Below, in pieces: positions 28,772 through 38,892 of a stretch of DNA of 64,000 nt. The DNA comes from Bacteroidota bacterium (GTDB lineage: Bacteria; Bacteroidota; Bacteroidia; Bacteroidales; JAADJA01), in NCBI GenBank assembly GCA_020444515.1, contig JAHLKX010000002.1, forward strand, positions 520,146 to 584,145, written 5' to 3'. Every line of letters starts with the position of its first letter. Positions within the stretch are counted from its first letter, which is position 1. The notes beneath the pieces were generated by a model that did not search any database, was not told where the DNA came from, and saw only the letters and a program-made list of their open reading frames with translations. Position numbers and translations under genes: made by a program.

Positions 28772-29830
28772 ATGAATTCATCCGTAATAATCATCAAATA
28801 TTTTATCATTCTTGCAGTGGTTTTGCCCGCACTTTTTGCCTGCAATCAATCGAAACAAAAAGTTAGCGGGCCATCCTCAGCACCCTTACAGGTGGAAGCC
28901 ATGATCGTTAAACCACAGTATTTCGAGAGTAAATTTGAGGTGAACGCCAATCTGTTGCCTTATGAAGAAACAGACCTCAAAGCCCCTGTTTCAGGGAACG
29001 TTTTGAATATTTTTTTCAAAGAGGGTGATCAGGTCAGAAAGGGTCAGCCATTGATCAAGATCGATGATCGGATATGGAAAGCCCGTTTGAAAGGTCTCCA
29101 ATCCCAGCTTAAAATTGCCCGCAGCGATTCAACACGGAATGCTGCGCTCATTGATGTGCAGGGGGTGAGCCAGGAGGCGGTGGATAAAACAAATGCCCAG
29201 ATCCAGGAGTTGCAAGCTCAAATTGAGGAATTGCAGGTGAATATCAGCCTGGCCAATGTAACGGCACCCTTTACCGGCCGGCTGGGTTTGCGTGATTTTA
29301 GTGTGGGCGCTTATTTATCTCAAGGAACATCCATTACACGTATTGTTCAGGCCGACAAGCTAAAGGTTGATTTTGAAATGCCAGGTCGTTATATTGATAA
29401 TATAAATCTGGGCGAGCAGATTCAGATGATTTATCAGGAGGATACGCTGAAGGCAAAGGTTTACGCCATCGATCCCCGCATCGATCCCAATTCCAGGACC
29501 ATTCGCATACGCTGTGAATTGCCCAATCCAGGTGAAAAATATGTTCCTGGCATTTTTGCCACCGTGGTAATCCCTACGAATATCACCGAAAATGCCCTGG
29601 TTGTGCCGACATCGGCTGTGATTCCTGCCCTCAATACGCAAACGGTTTATGTTTATCATGGTGGTAAAGCATTTCGCAAAGAGGTGGAATTGGGTGATCG
29701 TACCGATGTTGAAGTGCGAATCCTCAATGGATTAAATCCGGGGGATACGGTTTTACTGACAGGACTGATGACGGTGAAAGACAACATGCCGGTTCAGATA
29801 GAAGAAATTGTTAAGGGAAATCAGCCATGA
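28772..29830 (+). CDS. Efflux RND periplasmic adaptor (membrane fusion protein)
   Basis: Lipobox-like 'LPALFACNQS', a coiled-coil 'QIQELQAQIEELQVNISLANVTAPFTGRLG' and a beta-barrel C-terminus. The ATG at 28772 is preferred over the TTG at 28718. Confidence 0.85.
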   Translation: MNSSVIIIKYFIILAVVLPALFACNQSKQKVSGPSSAPLQVEAMIVKPQYFESKFEVNANLLPYEETDLKAPVSGNVLNIFFKEGDQVRKGQPLIKIDDRIWKARLKGLQSQLKIARSDSTRNAALIDVQGVSQEAVDKTNAQIQELQAQIEELQVNISLANVTAPFTGRLGLRDFSVGAYLSQGTSITRIVQADKLKVDFEMPGRYIDNINLGEQIQMIYQEDTLKAKVYAIDPRIDPNSRTIRIRCELPNPGEKYVPGIFATVVIPTNITENALVVPTSAVIPALNTQTVYVYHGGKAFRKEVELGDRTDVEVRILNGLNPGDTVLLTGLMTVKDNMPVQIEEIVKGNQP

Positions 29831-32800
29831 CACTTTCGGAACTAAGCATTAAAAGACCGGTTCTGGCTACTGTTTTTGCCATTGTGATCGTGCTGTTCGG
29901 CATCGTGGGATTCATGTCGCTGGGTGTTCGTGAGTTTCCGAGTGTAGATCCACCGGTAGTGACCGTCAGTACTAATTACAGCGGCGCCAACGCAGCCATC
30001 ATCGAATCACAGATCACAGAGCCACTCGAAGAATCCATCAATAGTGTTGCCGGTATTAAGTCATTGAGTTCCATCAGTACCGACGGAAGGAGTACTGTGA
30101 CCATTGAGTTTGATCCGGGCATGGACCTGGACGATGCAGCCAATGATGTCCGGGATAAAGTTTCACAAGCCATCCGCAACCTGCCACCGGATGCTGACCC
30201 ACCTATCGTTTCAAAAGCCGATGCCAATGCACAAACCATCCTTTCCATTACGGTTCAAAGTGACAAACGTGATTTGCTGGAGTTGAGCAAAATTGGAAAC
30301 GACATGTTCAAGGAGCGGCTGCAAACCATTCCCGGAGTGAGCAGTATCCGTATTTGGGGAGAGAAAAAATATACCATGCGGCTGGAACTCGATCCGGCTA
30401 AACTGGAAGCCTATAACCTTACGCCTTCGGATGTAAAAATGGCTTTGCAGGGGCAAAACGTTGAATTACCGGCCGGCCGTATCGAAGGTTCCCAAACCGA
30501 ATTGACGGTTAGAACGCTTGGTCGGTTAAATACTCCTGAAGAATATGACCAATTGATTATAACCCGTCGTGGAAATGCGTTGATCCGGTTGCAGGATGTC
30601 GGACATGCACGCATGGGTGCGGAAAATGAACGCAGTTTATTGCGTGGTAATGGCGTGATACCAATGATTGGTATTGCGCTACAACCGCAGCCAGGCGCCA
30701 ATTACATCGAAATTGTGGATGAGGCTTTCCGGCGCGTGGAGCAGATCAAAAAAGAATTGCCACCCGATATTTTCCTCAATGTGGCCCTCGACACGACAAC
30801 AAGCATCCGTAAAGCCATCAGTGAGGTGCAGGAAACCATTTTGATTGCCTTCATCCTGGTGTTGCTGGTGATATTCTTTTTCCTGCGGAGCTGGCGAACC
30901 ACGATGGTTCCTATTGTTGTGATCCCCATTTCACTGATCGGCGTCTTTTCAATTTTGTACATCGCTGGTTATTCCATCAACGTATTGACCCTACTTGGCG
31001 TCGTGCTTTCCACCGGGCTTGTGGTGGATGATGCCATCGTGGTAATGGAAAATATTTATTCAAAGATTGAGCAGGGAATGAAACCGGTAGAAGCTGCCTT
31101 CAAAGGATCCCGTGAAGTCTTCTTTGCTGTGCTGGCCACTTCCATCAGCCTGATCGCCGTGTTTATGCCGATCTTTTTCCTGCAGGGTTTAACAGGGCGG
31201 TTGTTTCGTGAGTTTGCCATGGTGGTGGCTGGTTCCATCGCATTTTCCACCTTTGTTTCGCTCAGCCTCACCCCGATGATGTCGTCCAGGTTTTTAAGAA
31301 AGAGCGATCGCAGCGGAAAGATCATGACATTTTTTAAGAACATTGTCGAAGGTGGTAAAAACGGTTACGCCAAAAGCCTGGAGCGGTTCATGAATCACCG
31401 ATGGCTGGCCTTCCCGGTGGTATTGGTGACGGCCGGTTTGATCTGGTTCTTTGATGTGAACCTTCAAAAAGAACTGGCCCCGATGGAAGACAAAAGTATG
31501 TTGCGAATCATGGCCATCGCACCCGAAGGAACCTCCTACGAAGCAATGGATGAATACCAGAAAGAACTGATGTATCTGTGCGATACGCTTCAGGAAAAAG
31601 CCTTTTTACTGGGAGTTACAGCGCCTTCATTTGGTTCGTCCAATGCCGTGAATTCATCGTTTGTGAGGATTTCGCTGGTGCCACCATCCGAGCGTGAAAA
31701 AAGTCAGGGTGAACTGGCAGGAGAGTTGATGGGCATGTTGAAAAAATACAACTTTGCACAAACATACGTGGTGCAGGAACCAACCATCAGGGCCAGCCGG
31801 AGTTTCAACAGCCTGCCGGTGCAATTTATCCTGCAGGCACCTGATCTCGACCGATTAAAAGAAGCCATACCGAGGTTCATGGATAAGGTACAGGATGACC
31901 CGACATTCAGTTTTGCCACCATCGACCTGAAGTTCAATAAACCGGAATACACCGTCGAAATTGAGCGCGACAAAGCCCTTGATATGGGGGTGAGTGTGCG
32001 TGATATTGCAGAAACTTTGCAAACCTATCTCAGCGAGCAACGGATCGGTTATTTTATCAAAGACGGAAAACAATATTATGTGATCGCCAGCGCTAAAAAG
32101 GAGGATCGCAAGGAGCCACTCGACTTAAAACGGATGACCGTAAGAAACAGGGAAGGCGACATGGTGACTTTAAATAATCTCGTATCCCTTTCACTCGACA
32201 GCAGGCCACCGCAGTTACTGCGCTACAATCGCTATGCTTCGGCTACCATTTCAGCCATTCCTGCCGAGGGTAAAACCATCGGCGACGGGATTGAAGAGAT
32301 GCAAAAAATAGCCAAAGAAACGCTTGACGAATCTTTTACCACCAGTCTTTCGGGAAGCTCGTCGGACTTTGCAGAAAGTTCGGGTAACATCATGGTGATT
32401 TTCCTGTTTGCTATAGTACTGGTTTACCTGATACTTGCAGGCCAGTTTGAAAGTTTTCGAGACCCGATGATCATCATGTTTACTGTACCGCTTGCCATGG
32501 CCGGGGCGCTGATGAGCTTGTATTTCTTTGGGCAAACCCTGAATATTTTCAGCCAAATTGGGATCATTGTCCTCATTGGGATAGTAACGAAAAACGGGAT
32601 CCTCATTGTGGAATTTGCCAATCAACGGCGCCGCGCCGGTTTACAGACCAAGGAAGCGGTTATTGATGCGGCCATCCAACGTTTCCGGCCCATTGTGATG
32701 ACCAGCATGTCGACCATCCTTGGGGCAACACCGATTGCACTGGCATTGGGGGAATCATCTACCAGTCGCATCCCAATGGGTGTCTCCATCATCGGTGGTC

Positions 32801-32901
32801 TCATTTTTTCACTGATACTGACCCTGTATGTCATTCCATCTTTATATACTTACTTATCCGGAAAATTGCATGAAGTACATGAAGAAACCGAATCGGAATA
32901 A
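29827..32901 (+). CDS. RND efflux permease (AcrB/HAE1-like)
   Basis: 1024 aa starting 'LSELSIKRPVLATVFAIVIVLFG'. It has 12 TM helices and two large periplasmic loops, and overlaps the adaptor gene by 4 nt. Confidence 0.9.
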   Translation: MTLSELSIKRPVLATVFAIVIVLFGIVGFMSLGVREFPSVDPPVVTVSTNYSGANAAIIESQITEPLEESINSVAGIKSLSSISTDGRSTVTIEFDPGMDLDDAANDVRDKVSQAIRNLPPDADPPIVSKADANAQTILSITVQSDKRDLLELSKIGNDMFKERLQTIPGVSSIRIWGEKKYTMRLELDPAKLEAYNLTPSDVKMALQGQNVELPAGRIEGSQTELTVRTLGRLNTPEEYDQLIITRRGNALIRLQDVGHARMGAENERSLLRGNGVIPMIGIALQPQPGANYIEIVDEAFRRVEQIKKELPPDIFLNVALDTTTSIRKAISEVQETILIAFILVLLVIFFFLRSWRTTMVPIVVIPISLIGVFSILYIAGYSINVLTLLGVVLSTGLVVDDAIVVMENIYSKIEQGMKPVEAAFKGSREVFFAVLATSISLIAVFMPIFFLQGLTGRLFREFAMVVAGSIAFSTFVSLSLTPMMSSRFLRKSDRSGKIMTFFKNIVEGGKNGYAKSLERFMNHRWLAFPVVLVTAGLIWFFDVNLQKELAPMEDKSMLRIMAIAPEGTSYEAMDEYQKELMYLCDTLQEKAFLLGVTAPSFGSSNAVNSSFVRISLVPPSEREKSQGELAGELMGMLKKYNFAQTYVVQEPTIRASRSFNSLPVQFILQAPDLDRLKEAIPRFMDKVQDDPTFSFATIDLKFNKPEYTVEIERDKALDMGVSVRDIAETLQTYLSEQRIGYFIKDGKQYYVIASAKKEDRKEPLDLKRMTVRNREGDMVTLNNLVSLSLDSRPPQLLRYNRYASATISAIPAEGKTIGDGIEEMQKIAKETLDESFTTSLSGSSSDFAESSGNIMVIFLFAIVLVYLILAGQFESFRDPMIIMFTVPLAMAGALMSLYFFGQTLNIFSQIGIIVLIGIVTKNGILIVEFANQRRRAGLQTKEAVIDAAIQRFRPIVMTSMSTILGATPIALALGESSTSRIPMGVSIIGGLIFSLILTLYVIPSLYTYLSGKLHEVHEETESE

Positions 32902-34201
32902 TCTGCTCATCCTATTGTTGTTGCTCTGTTTTTCAGCAGGTGCACAAAACCGGTATACCCTTCATGATCTGATCGACCGGGTGCTTCAGGAGAATTACCA
33001 GGTGCAGATGGTGAAGCTCGATGAACAGGTAGCATCGAATAACAATACAGCCGGAAATGCCGGCATGCTGCCATCGGTAAGTGCTTCGGGAAGCCAGACG
33101 GTCAGTTATTACGATACGGAACAGAAACTTTTTACCGGAGATACCCGGGAGGCCAATAATGCCAGGAGTACTTTTCTGAGCGGCCAGATCGCACTTGACT
33201 GGACGGTATTCGACGGTCTCAGGATGTTTGCCATGAAAGATCAGCTTGGATTGTTGGAGCAGATCGGGCAGGTGAATACCCGTTATTACATCGAACAAAC
33301 TGTGGCTGATGTAGCCATGTTGTATGAACAACTGATCGCCTTCCGGCAATTGCTTTCCAATGAAAAAAAAGCTTTGGAAGTGTCGGCTTTCAGGCTGAAG
33401 ATCGAAGAACGGAAATTAAAGGTGGGCGCCGGTGATGCACTGCAATACAACCAGGCGCTGGTCGATTTTAACGATGACAGCCTCGCCGTTTTGAGCCGGA
33501 TGCGCAACATCAAAAGCCTTGAGATTCAAACCAACCGGATTATCAATACTGATCCTGAAGCGCCTGTGAACACGGCAGATTCAACCATGACCGCCATCCT
33601 GATGCCCGTGCTCGATTCACTCATCAGTCAGGCAGAACAAGCCAATAGCAAGATTGAGCAATCGGTGCTGGAGGAAATGGTGGCTGAAACCAATGTCAAA
33701 GTGCAAAAGGCGGCCTATTTTCCCACCGTTGATTTGATGGGGCAATACAACTATTCCTATTCCACAAGTAAAATTGGCTATGCCACTTATAATAAAAATT
33801 ATGGTCCTTTGCTGGGTGTATCGGTTCGCTTTAATTTATTTGATGGTAACAATGTGCGGCGGACCGTTAAGAATGCAGAGCTTTCACGGGATCAGGCAGG
33901 TCTCTCAAAAAAGGATGTGAATGCCTTTATCAAAAGCTCTATTACAGATCAGTATTACCAGTGGCAATCGTTGCAGCAGCAATTAAAGCTGGCGATTGAA
34001 AACCGGGCCTCAGCCTTAAAATCGATGGAGATCGCCGAGCTGCAATTCCAGAAAGGACTCATCGATGGGTATAATTTCCGGTTAACGCAGGTTTCGGTCT
34101 TGCGAGCAGCCAATGCCGTTATCCAGATGGAACTGGCGATCCGGTTATTGGAGATTTCTTTGAACCGGCAGGCGGGAACATTGATGGAGAAGTATTATTA
34201 A
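32870..34201 (+). CDS. TolC-family outer-membrane efflux protein
   Basis: The ATG at 32870 gives 'MKYMKKPNRNNLLILLLLLCFSAGAQ'. Two OEP-type helical repeats. It overlaps the RND gene end. Confidence 0.8.
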   Translation: MKYMKKPNRNNLLILLLLLCFSAGAQNRYTLHDLIDRVLQENYQVQMVKLDEQVASNNNTAGNAGMLPSVSASGSQTVSYYDTEQKLFTGDTREANNARSTFLSGQIALDWTVFDGLRMFAMKDQLGLLEQIGQVNTRYYIEQTVADVAMLYEQLIAFRQLLSNEKKALEVSAFRLKIEERKLKVGAGDALQYNQALVDFNDDSLAVLSRMRNIKSLEIQTNRIINTDPEAPVNTADSTMTAILMPVLDSLISQAEQANSKIEQSVLEEMVAETNVKVQKAAYFPTVDLMGQYNYSYSTSKIGYATYNKNYGPLLGVSVRFNLFDGNNVRRTVKNAELSRDQAGLSKKDVNAFIKSSITDQYYQWQSLQQQLKLAIENRASALKSMEIAELQFQKGLIDGYNFRLTQVSVLRAANAVIQMELAIRLLEISLNRQAGTLMEKYY

Positions 34202-34263
34202 TGATAAAATTTGATGCTTATTAACCTGACAATCAAATAAATCAAACGAACAATATACAAAAA

Positions 34264-34283
34264 GGGCAACCCATCGGCTGCCC
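34264..34283. terminator. Bidirectional hairpin between convergent genes
   Basis: gggcaacc-catc-ggctgccc, flanked by AAA and TTT, lying between the tolC-like stop (34201) and the 34305 gene stop. Confidence 0.55.
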
Positions 34284-34304
34284 TTTCTAATTTATTATTA
34301 AGGG

Positions 34305-36620
34305 TTAATTCAAAATCAATCTTTTTGTTATGGTTCCTTTTTCTGTATCGATACAGATGAGATAAATTCCCGGGTGGAAACCTGTTAAATCAAGTTTTGT
34401 TTGATCACTTTCAACTGCCTGAACTAAAATCTTCTGCCCGATTTGATCATACAAATGGATGGTATTGATTTTTAGATCGGAATTGATTTTAACAAAATCA
34501 TCCGTCGGATTGGGAAATATTTGTAATAACTGATCAGCAATCGTATTGATGCCAAAATATCCTACTTCAATATTCCAGGTATTTGTTGGAATGGATTCCC
34601 CGATATCCCAAACGGCTGTAACAAAGAAAGAATAAAAACCAGGAACACTGATAATGTCTGTATAAGTGGTTTCTGCAGTGTACGCAATTTGTTCTCCATT
34701 CCTGTAAACATTATATCCCAATAAATCTTTCGCAGAAGAGGGATTGTATTTTTTCCCTGAACCAAATCCCTGTGAAGTAAAACTTCCTTTGCTGAAGGAT
34801 GGAGTTGCATGCTTTCCTTTGGATATAATTGTAACCATTTCCTTATTTTCACCCGAAGCGTTTAAAGTGGCAATCAGGTTCCAGTTGGCATCAATGGCTC
34901 CAGCTGTCAACACATACATTGATTCCCAGGAACCACCATTGAGGATCATATCACCATACGTTATAATTGCCGGCCCGGCATCAACTCCTGCAGGATATTC
35001 ATCAACTTCATGCGTTGTTTCATAACCAAACCATAGATCCTCAGAGGCATCGATTATGTATGGTGTTTCAAGTTCAATTTCATTCCAGTCGTTCTGCACA
35101 AAACTGGCCAATGGCTGACTTAACACTTCAATGCCAGACTCACCTGTCCATACTTTGATGGTAAAGGATGGCCCCGGATAATCTCCTGCAAAAAAAGTGA
35201 TTTTATCGAGTGACATTCCGTTATATGGAGCCAATTCAGCCGGAGTCCAGTGAGAAGCTACCGAAAAAGTGCCGCCGTTTGTGAGACCTATTGCATCATT
35301 GTTTATTCCATTGTCCCATGCCAATTCTGTTTCCAATCCGGGTTCATCCCAGGTCAATATAATATCTTGATTTACATTTGCAATTTCGGGACCTACTAAA
35401 TTTGAAGGTGGAAGAGGAGGAGGTGGAGCAATTCCTTCATCAATTTTAAAATCATCAAAATAGAAGGAGGTTGTTGCATTGGCACCGAAAAAGTCAACAG
35501 CCGCTAATTGCAACTGTGATCCGCCACCCGAGGCTCCCAGGGTCCATTGCCAGTAATGGATCACTTCGCCATCGAGGAAATAATATGCCATGTCATTATC
35601 CAGATCGACGATCAGTTTTGAAAACATCCAGGTATCAAATGGAAAGGTAAAAGTAGCGGCACCTGTGCCACCCCCATTCACTGATCCATCCCCTCCTGTA
35701 TTAAAATAGACTTCAAATCCCCATTCGTATGCCCCATCAAAGTCAGACATGACATTGTAATACCCATCGGCTCCGGAAGGGACATAAATCATCAGACTCA
35801 CATCATAAACACCCGATGTGAAGTAAGTTTCGAAGTTCTTCACCTGATCATTATCGGTAACAATGTTAACCGAATTGACACCACTGTAAGCAAAGTCATC
35901 TGAAATATAAGCATCCTCCAATGAACAGGGAAGATTGCTCCAGGTAGTCCATTCGTCAGGGTTTTGACAGGCCAGTTGCTCGCCAGCATTGTAAGCTTCA
36001 AAATCATCTTCAAAAATGGCTGTGCTGGGTGCTGCCTCAATGGTAACCATATAATCTTCTGCTTCTCCATAAAAATAAGAAGCACAGGGATCATCGCAGA
36101 AGTTGGCAAATCGGGTCCTTGCGCGCATATAGTGGGTTCCGGTTAAGGCATCTGCCGGAATTTGAACCGGTACGGTGTATAACTGGTTTTGAAGTTGTAT
36201 CCAGTAATTATCCAGCACCATTTCCTCAGGGGAGAAGGTGTTGTCATCATCGAAATCGATCCAAATGGAGACAAAATTGCCAGTAAAGCCTGAACCCATT
36301 ATAAAATCATGCATCTGTCCCTGATAAAGGGTGGCCGGTCCGAGTTCCAGGTACTGGCTCCATCCGGTTCCGTTCAAATTGGCGCAACCTGAGCCATAGT
36401 TTTCTATTTCTTCAACGGCAAAATCTGAAAAACCATCACCCAATGCGCATCCGGTTACATATTCAGGAACGCACAATAAACTACTTGAAGATTCAATTAA
36501 ATTTTCGCTGGCAGGAGAATGGTTTCCCCGGGCAGGCTCCTGTAATGATTGCGAAAAGGCAATCACAGCCATCATGGTCAGAATGATTGAAAACATGGAA
36601 ATGGTAAAAAGTTTTTTCAT
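34305..36620 (-). CDS. Secreted GEVED-domain protein with T9SS type-A C-terminal domain
   Basis: Signal peptide. GEVED-like 'THYMRARTRFANFCDDPCASYFYGEAEDYMVTIE'. Poly-Pro linker 'APPPPLPPS'. Fn3-like 'LLGYNVYRNGEQIAY'. C-terminal domain 'LQIFPNPTDDFVKIN...GIYLICIDTEKGTITKRLILN'. Confidence 0.75.
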   Translation of the reverse strand: MKKLFTISMFSIILTMMAVIAFSQSLQEPARGNHSPASENLIESSSSLLCVPEYVTGCALGDGFSDFAVEEIENYGSGCANLNGTGWSQYLELGPATLYQGQMHDFIMGSGFTGNFVSIWIDFDDDNTFSPEEMVLDNYWIQLQNQLYTVPVQIPADALTGTHYMRARTRFANFCDDPCASYFYGEAEDYMVTIEAAPSTAIFEDDFEAYNAGEQLACQNPDEWTTWSNLPCSLEDAYISDDFAYSGVNSVNIVTDNDQVKNFETYFTSGVYDVSLMIYVPSGADGYYNVMSDFDGAYEWGFEVYFNTGGDGSVNGGGTGAATFTFPFDTWMFSKLIVDLDNDMAYYFLDGEVIHYWQWTLGASGGGSQLQLAAVDFFGANATTSFYFDDFKIDEGIAPPPPLPPSNLVGPEIANVNQDIILTWDEPGLETELAWDNGINNDAIGLTNGGTFSVASHWTPAELAPYNGMSLDKITFFAGDYPGPSFTIKVWTGESGIEVLSQPLASFVQNDWNEIELETPYIIDASEDLWFGYETTHEVDEYPAGVDAGPAIITYGDMILNGGSWESMYVLTAGAIDANWNLIATLNASGENKEMVTIISKGKHATPSFSKGSFTSQGFGSGKKYNPSSAKDLLGYNVYRNGEQIAYTAETTYTDIISVPGFYSFFVTAVWDIGESIPTNTWNIEVGYFGINTIADQLLQIFPNPTDDFVKINSDLKINTIHLYDQIGQKILVQAVESDQTKLDLTGFHPGIYLICIDTEKGTITKRLILN

Positions 36621-36658
36621 CGGGAATCATATTTAATTTTTAAAAAATAACAATATGT

Positions 36659-37132
36659 CTAAAAGAGTTTTTGCTGCGTGCCATACATCTCCAGCTCAAG
36701 CAACCATTTTTTCCGCCACAAACCGCCGGCATAACCAATGAGGTTGCCATTGCTGCCAATCACCCGGTGACAGGGAACAATGATGGAAACCGGATTTTTT
36801 GCATTGGCATGTGCTGCTGCTCTGATGGCTTTTGGTTTGCCCAGCCGGCGGGCCAGCTCCATATATGAAATGGTTTGACCAAATGGAATTTTTTGCAATT
36901 CACGCCAAACCTTCAATTGAAATTCTGATCCCTGTAAATCGAGAGGTATGTTGAATTGTTTTAATTGACCATTGAAATATGCGTCCAGCTGTCGCATGTA
37001 TTCGGCTGAAAATAATCCGGGTTCCGATCTTCTTCGGGCTTTTTTATCTGCGAATATCAATCTGTTTATTCCCTTATCCGAAAGGGTGATTTGGATATTT
37101 CCAATGGGTGAATTGTAGTTCAGGGTTTCCAT
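36659..37132 (-). CDS. ogt: Methylated-DNA--protein-cysteine methyltransferase
   Basis: Active-site 'IIVPCHRVIGSNGNLIGYAGGLWRKKWLLELE'. Confidence 0.9.
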   Translation of the reverse strand: METLNYNSPIGNIQITLSDKGINRLIFADKKARRRSEPGLFSAEYMRQLDAYFNGQLKQFNIPLDLQGSEFQLKVWRELQKIPFGQTISYMELARRLGKPKAIRAAAHANAKNPVSIIVPCHRVIGSNGNLIGYAGGLWRKKWLLELEMYGTQQKLF

Positions 37133-37137
37133 CCCGA

Positions 37138-37494
37138 TTAGTTAATGAACCGAATGGTCAGTGGGTAGCGGAAGGTTTCACCATTATTGGCTCTGATTGA
37201 TGCGATAATGATCATGATCAGCTGGAAGATCCCCAGGGCGATCAACAGTAAAATTCCAACTACGATGATGATCAGAATGGCCGAAATTACCATGTAAATG
37301 AACATGGAAATTTGAAAATTAAGCGCCTCCTTGCCCTGGTCATCCACGAAGGGGAATTCCATTTTTTTTATGGACCAAATAACAAGGGGACCAATGATTG
37401 AACCCAGCGGTATGATGTATCCGGCTAAAGCACTGAGGTGACAAAACATGCCCCACATTCGCTCATCTTGTATGTTTTTTACTGTTTGTTCCAT
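37138..37494 (-). CDS. DUF4870-like small membrane protein
   Basis: 118 aa with 'WGMFCHLSALAGYIIPLGSIIGPLVIW' and a second TM pair. Confidence 0.55.
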   Translation of the reverse strand: MEQTVKNIQDERMWGMFCHLSALAGYIIPLGSIIGPLVIWSIKKMEFPFVDDQGKEALNFQISMFIYMVISAILIIIVVGILLLIALGIFQLIMIIIASIRANNGETFRYPLTIRFIN

Positions 37495-37504
37495 CTTTGC
37501 TAAG

Positions 37505-37687
37505 TTAGTCGATAAACTTATACAGAATTACAAAAACGAACATTAAAATTAATGAAATTGTAACAACTTTAGCATAGATTTCACTTTTCCGGATCGATTT
37601 ATTTTTAATAGCCCTCGCTTTGGCAGCCAGTCCGAATACAAATCCCGCTACCGAAATACCAAGAAATATCAACATCAGGTGTGCCAT
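37505..37687 (-). CDS. Small 2-TM membrane protein (60 aa)
   Basis: Two hydrophobic helices. It sits in the operon with 4-nt and 10-nt spacers to its neighbours. Confidence 0.4.
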   Translation of the reverse strand: MAHLMLIFLGISVAGFVFGLAAKARAIKNKSIRKSEIYAKVVTISLILMFVFVILYKFID

Positions 37688-37691
37688 TCCT

Positions 37692-38855
37692 TTATGATTG
37701 AGTCATTAAATTTTCAAGCTTTTGTGTTGCAGATGCCCAGTTATATTTTTGGTGCACAAAATCATGCCCTTTTTCGCCCAGTGCCGCTGCAAAATCAGGA
37801 TTGTCAAGCAAATGAATGATGTGATCAGCAAATTCACGGGCACTGTTGCCCACCAGTATTTCTTTCCCGTTTGTAGCCTTCAATGCGTTGTTAGCCAAAT
37901 CGGAAGTGATAGAAGGGATTTTCATCGCCATGGCTTCCAGCAACTTATTCTGCAGGCCGGTGCCGATCTGCATGGGTGCAATGAATACCCTGGCTTTGGC
38001 ATAACATTCACGTATGTCATCAACCCAACCGGTCACTTCAATATTTTTACTTTTTAATAACAGTACACCTGGTGAAGGAGTCGCGCCCGCAAGCATCAAT
38101 GTCACATTAGGATGTTTTCTGCGGACCTCCGGCAGAATTTCTTTGGCCAGGTAAATAGCAGCATTAACATTGGGTGGATAACCCATATTTCCGGTAAATA
38201 CCAGATCATATTCTTTTTTCATTTCCATGGGTGAGAAAAAATCGGTATCCACTCCATTGATGACAACCTCAATGTTTCCCTTTTCGGGATGGGGGATCAG
38301 ATCGCGATCGGGAACAGAGATGATGGTTTTATGATCAAATTTGCTGAATATATCGTGTTCATATTTTAATAGGCGCCGGTATTCCGATCGAAGAACCGGT
38401 TTCATATAAAAAGGTGCAGACTGGCTGCGACGGTCCACTCCTTTGGAAAATACATCCTGGTAATCAAGTGTTTTGGTAATTTTTCGGTCTTTAACATATT
38501 CCGTCACGCGGATCAATTGACAATAAATATGATCAGGCTGGATTTCATTGATGAGTTGGTTGATCTTTTTTTTGGCGGAATGATTAAAAAAGTATCCAAC
38601 CTGTAAGGGCATGCCTGAAATGAATGCCTTAAAGATATTCCAGGCGGCGCCGGCTTTCGAAAGGTTTATAACATGTACTGATTTACAAAAAGGATCGAGG
38701 GCTGTTCGATGTTCAGCCTTTATGTGTATATCGTTCAAAGCACAGAGATGGATCTCATGGTTTTTAGCCAAATGCCGGATCTGGTGATACGCTCGCAATT
38801 TATCACCTTTTTCAAGTGGATAGGGAAACCTGGATAGCAGGATAAATATCTTCAT
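37692..38855 (-). CDS. Glycosyltransferase family 4
   Basis: 387 aa with the GT-B C-terminal motif 'PMQIGTGLQNKLLEAMAMKIP'. Confidence 0.8.
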   Translation of the reverse strand: MKIFILLSRFPYPLEKGDKLRAYHQIRHLAKNHEIHLCALNDIHIKAEHRTALDPFCKSVHVINLSKAGAAWNIFKAFISGMPLQVGYFFNHSAKKKINQLINEIQPDHIYCQLIRVTEYVKDRKITKTLDYQDVFSKGVDRRSQSAPFYMKPVLRSEYRRLLKYEHDIFSKFDHKTIISVPDRDLIPHPEKGNIEVVINGVDTDFFSPMEMKKEYDLVFTGNMGYPPNVNAAIYLAKEILPEVRRKHPNVTLMLAGATPSPGVLLLKSKNIEVTGWVDDIRECYAKARVFIAPMQIGTGLQNKLLEAMAMKIPSITSDLANNALKATNGKEILVGNSAREFADHIIHLLDNPDFAAALGEKGHDFVHQKYNWASATQKLENLMTQS

Positions 38856-38892
38856 TCAGCCAAAACCATTGCAATTACTGTTCAAAAGTAAA

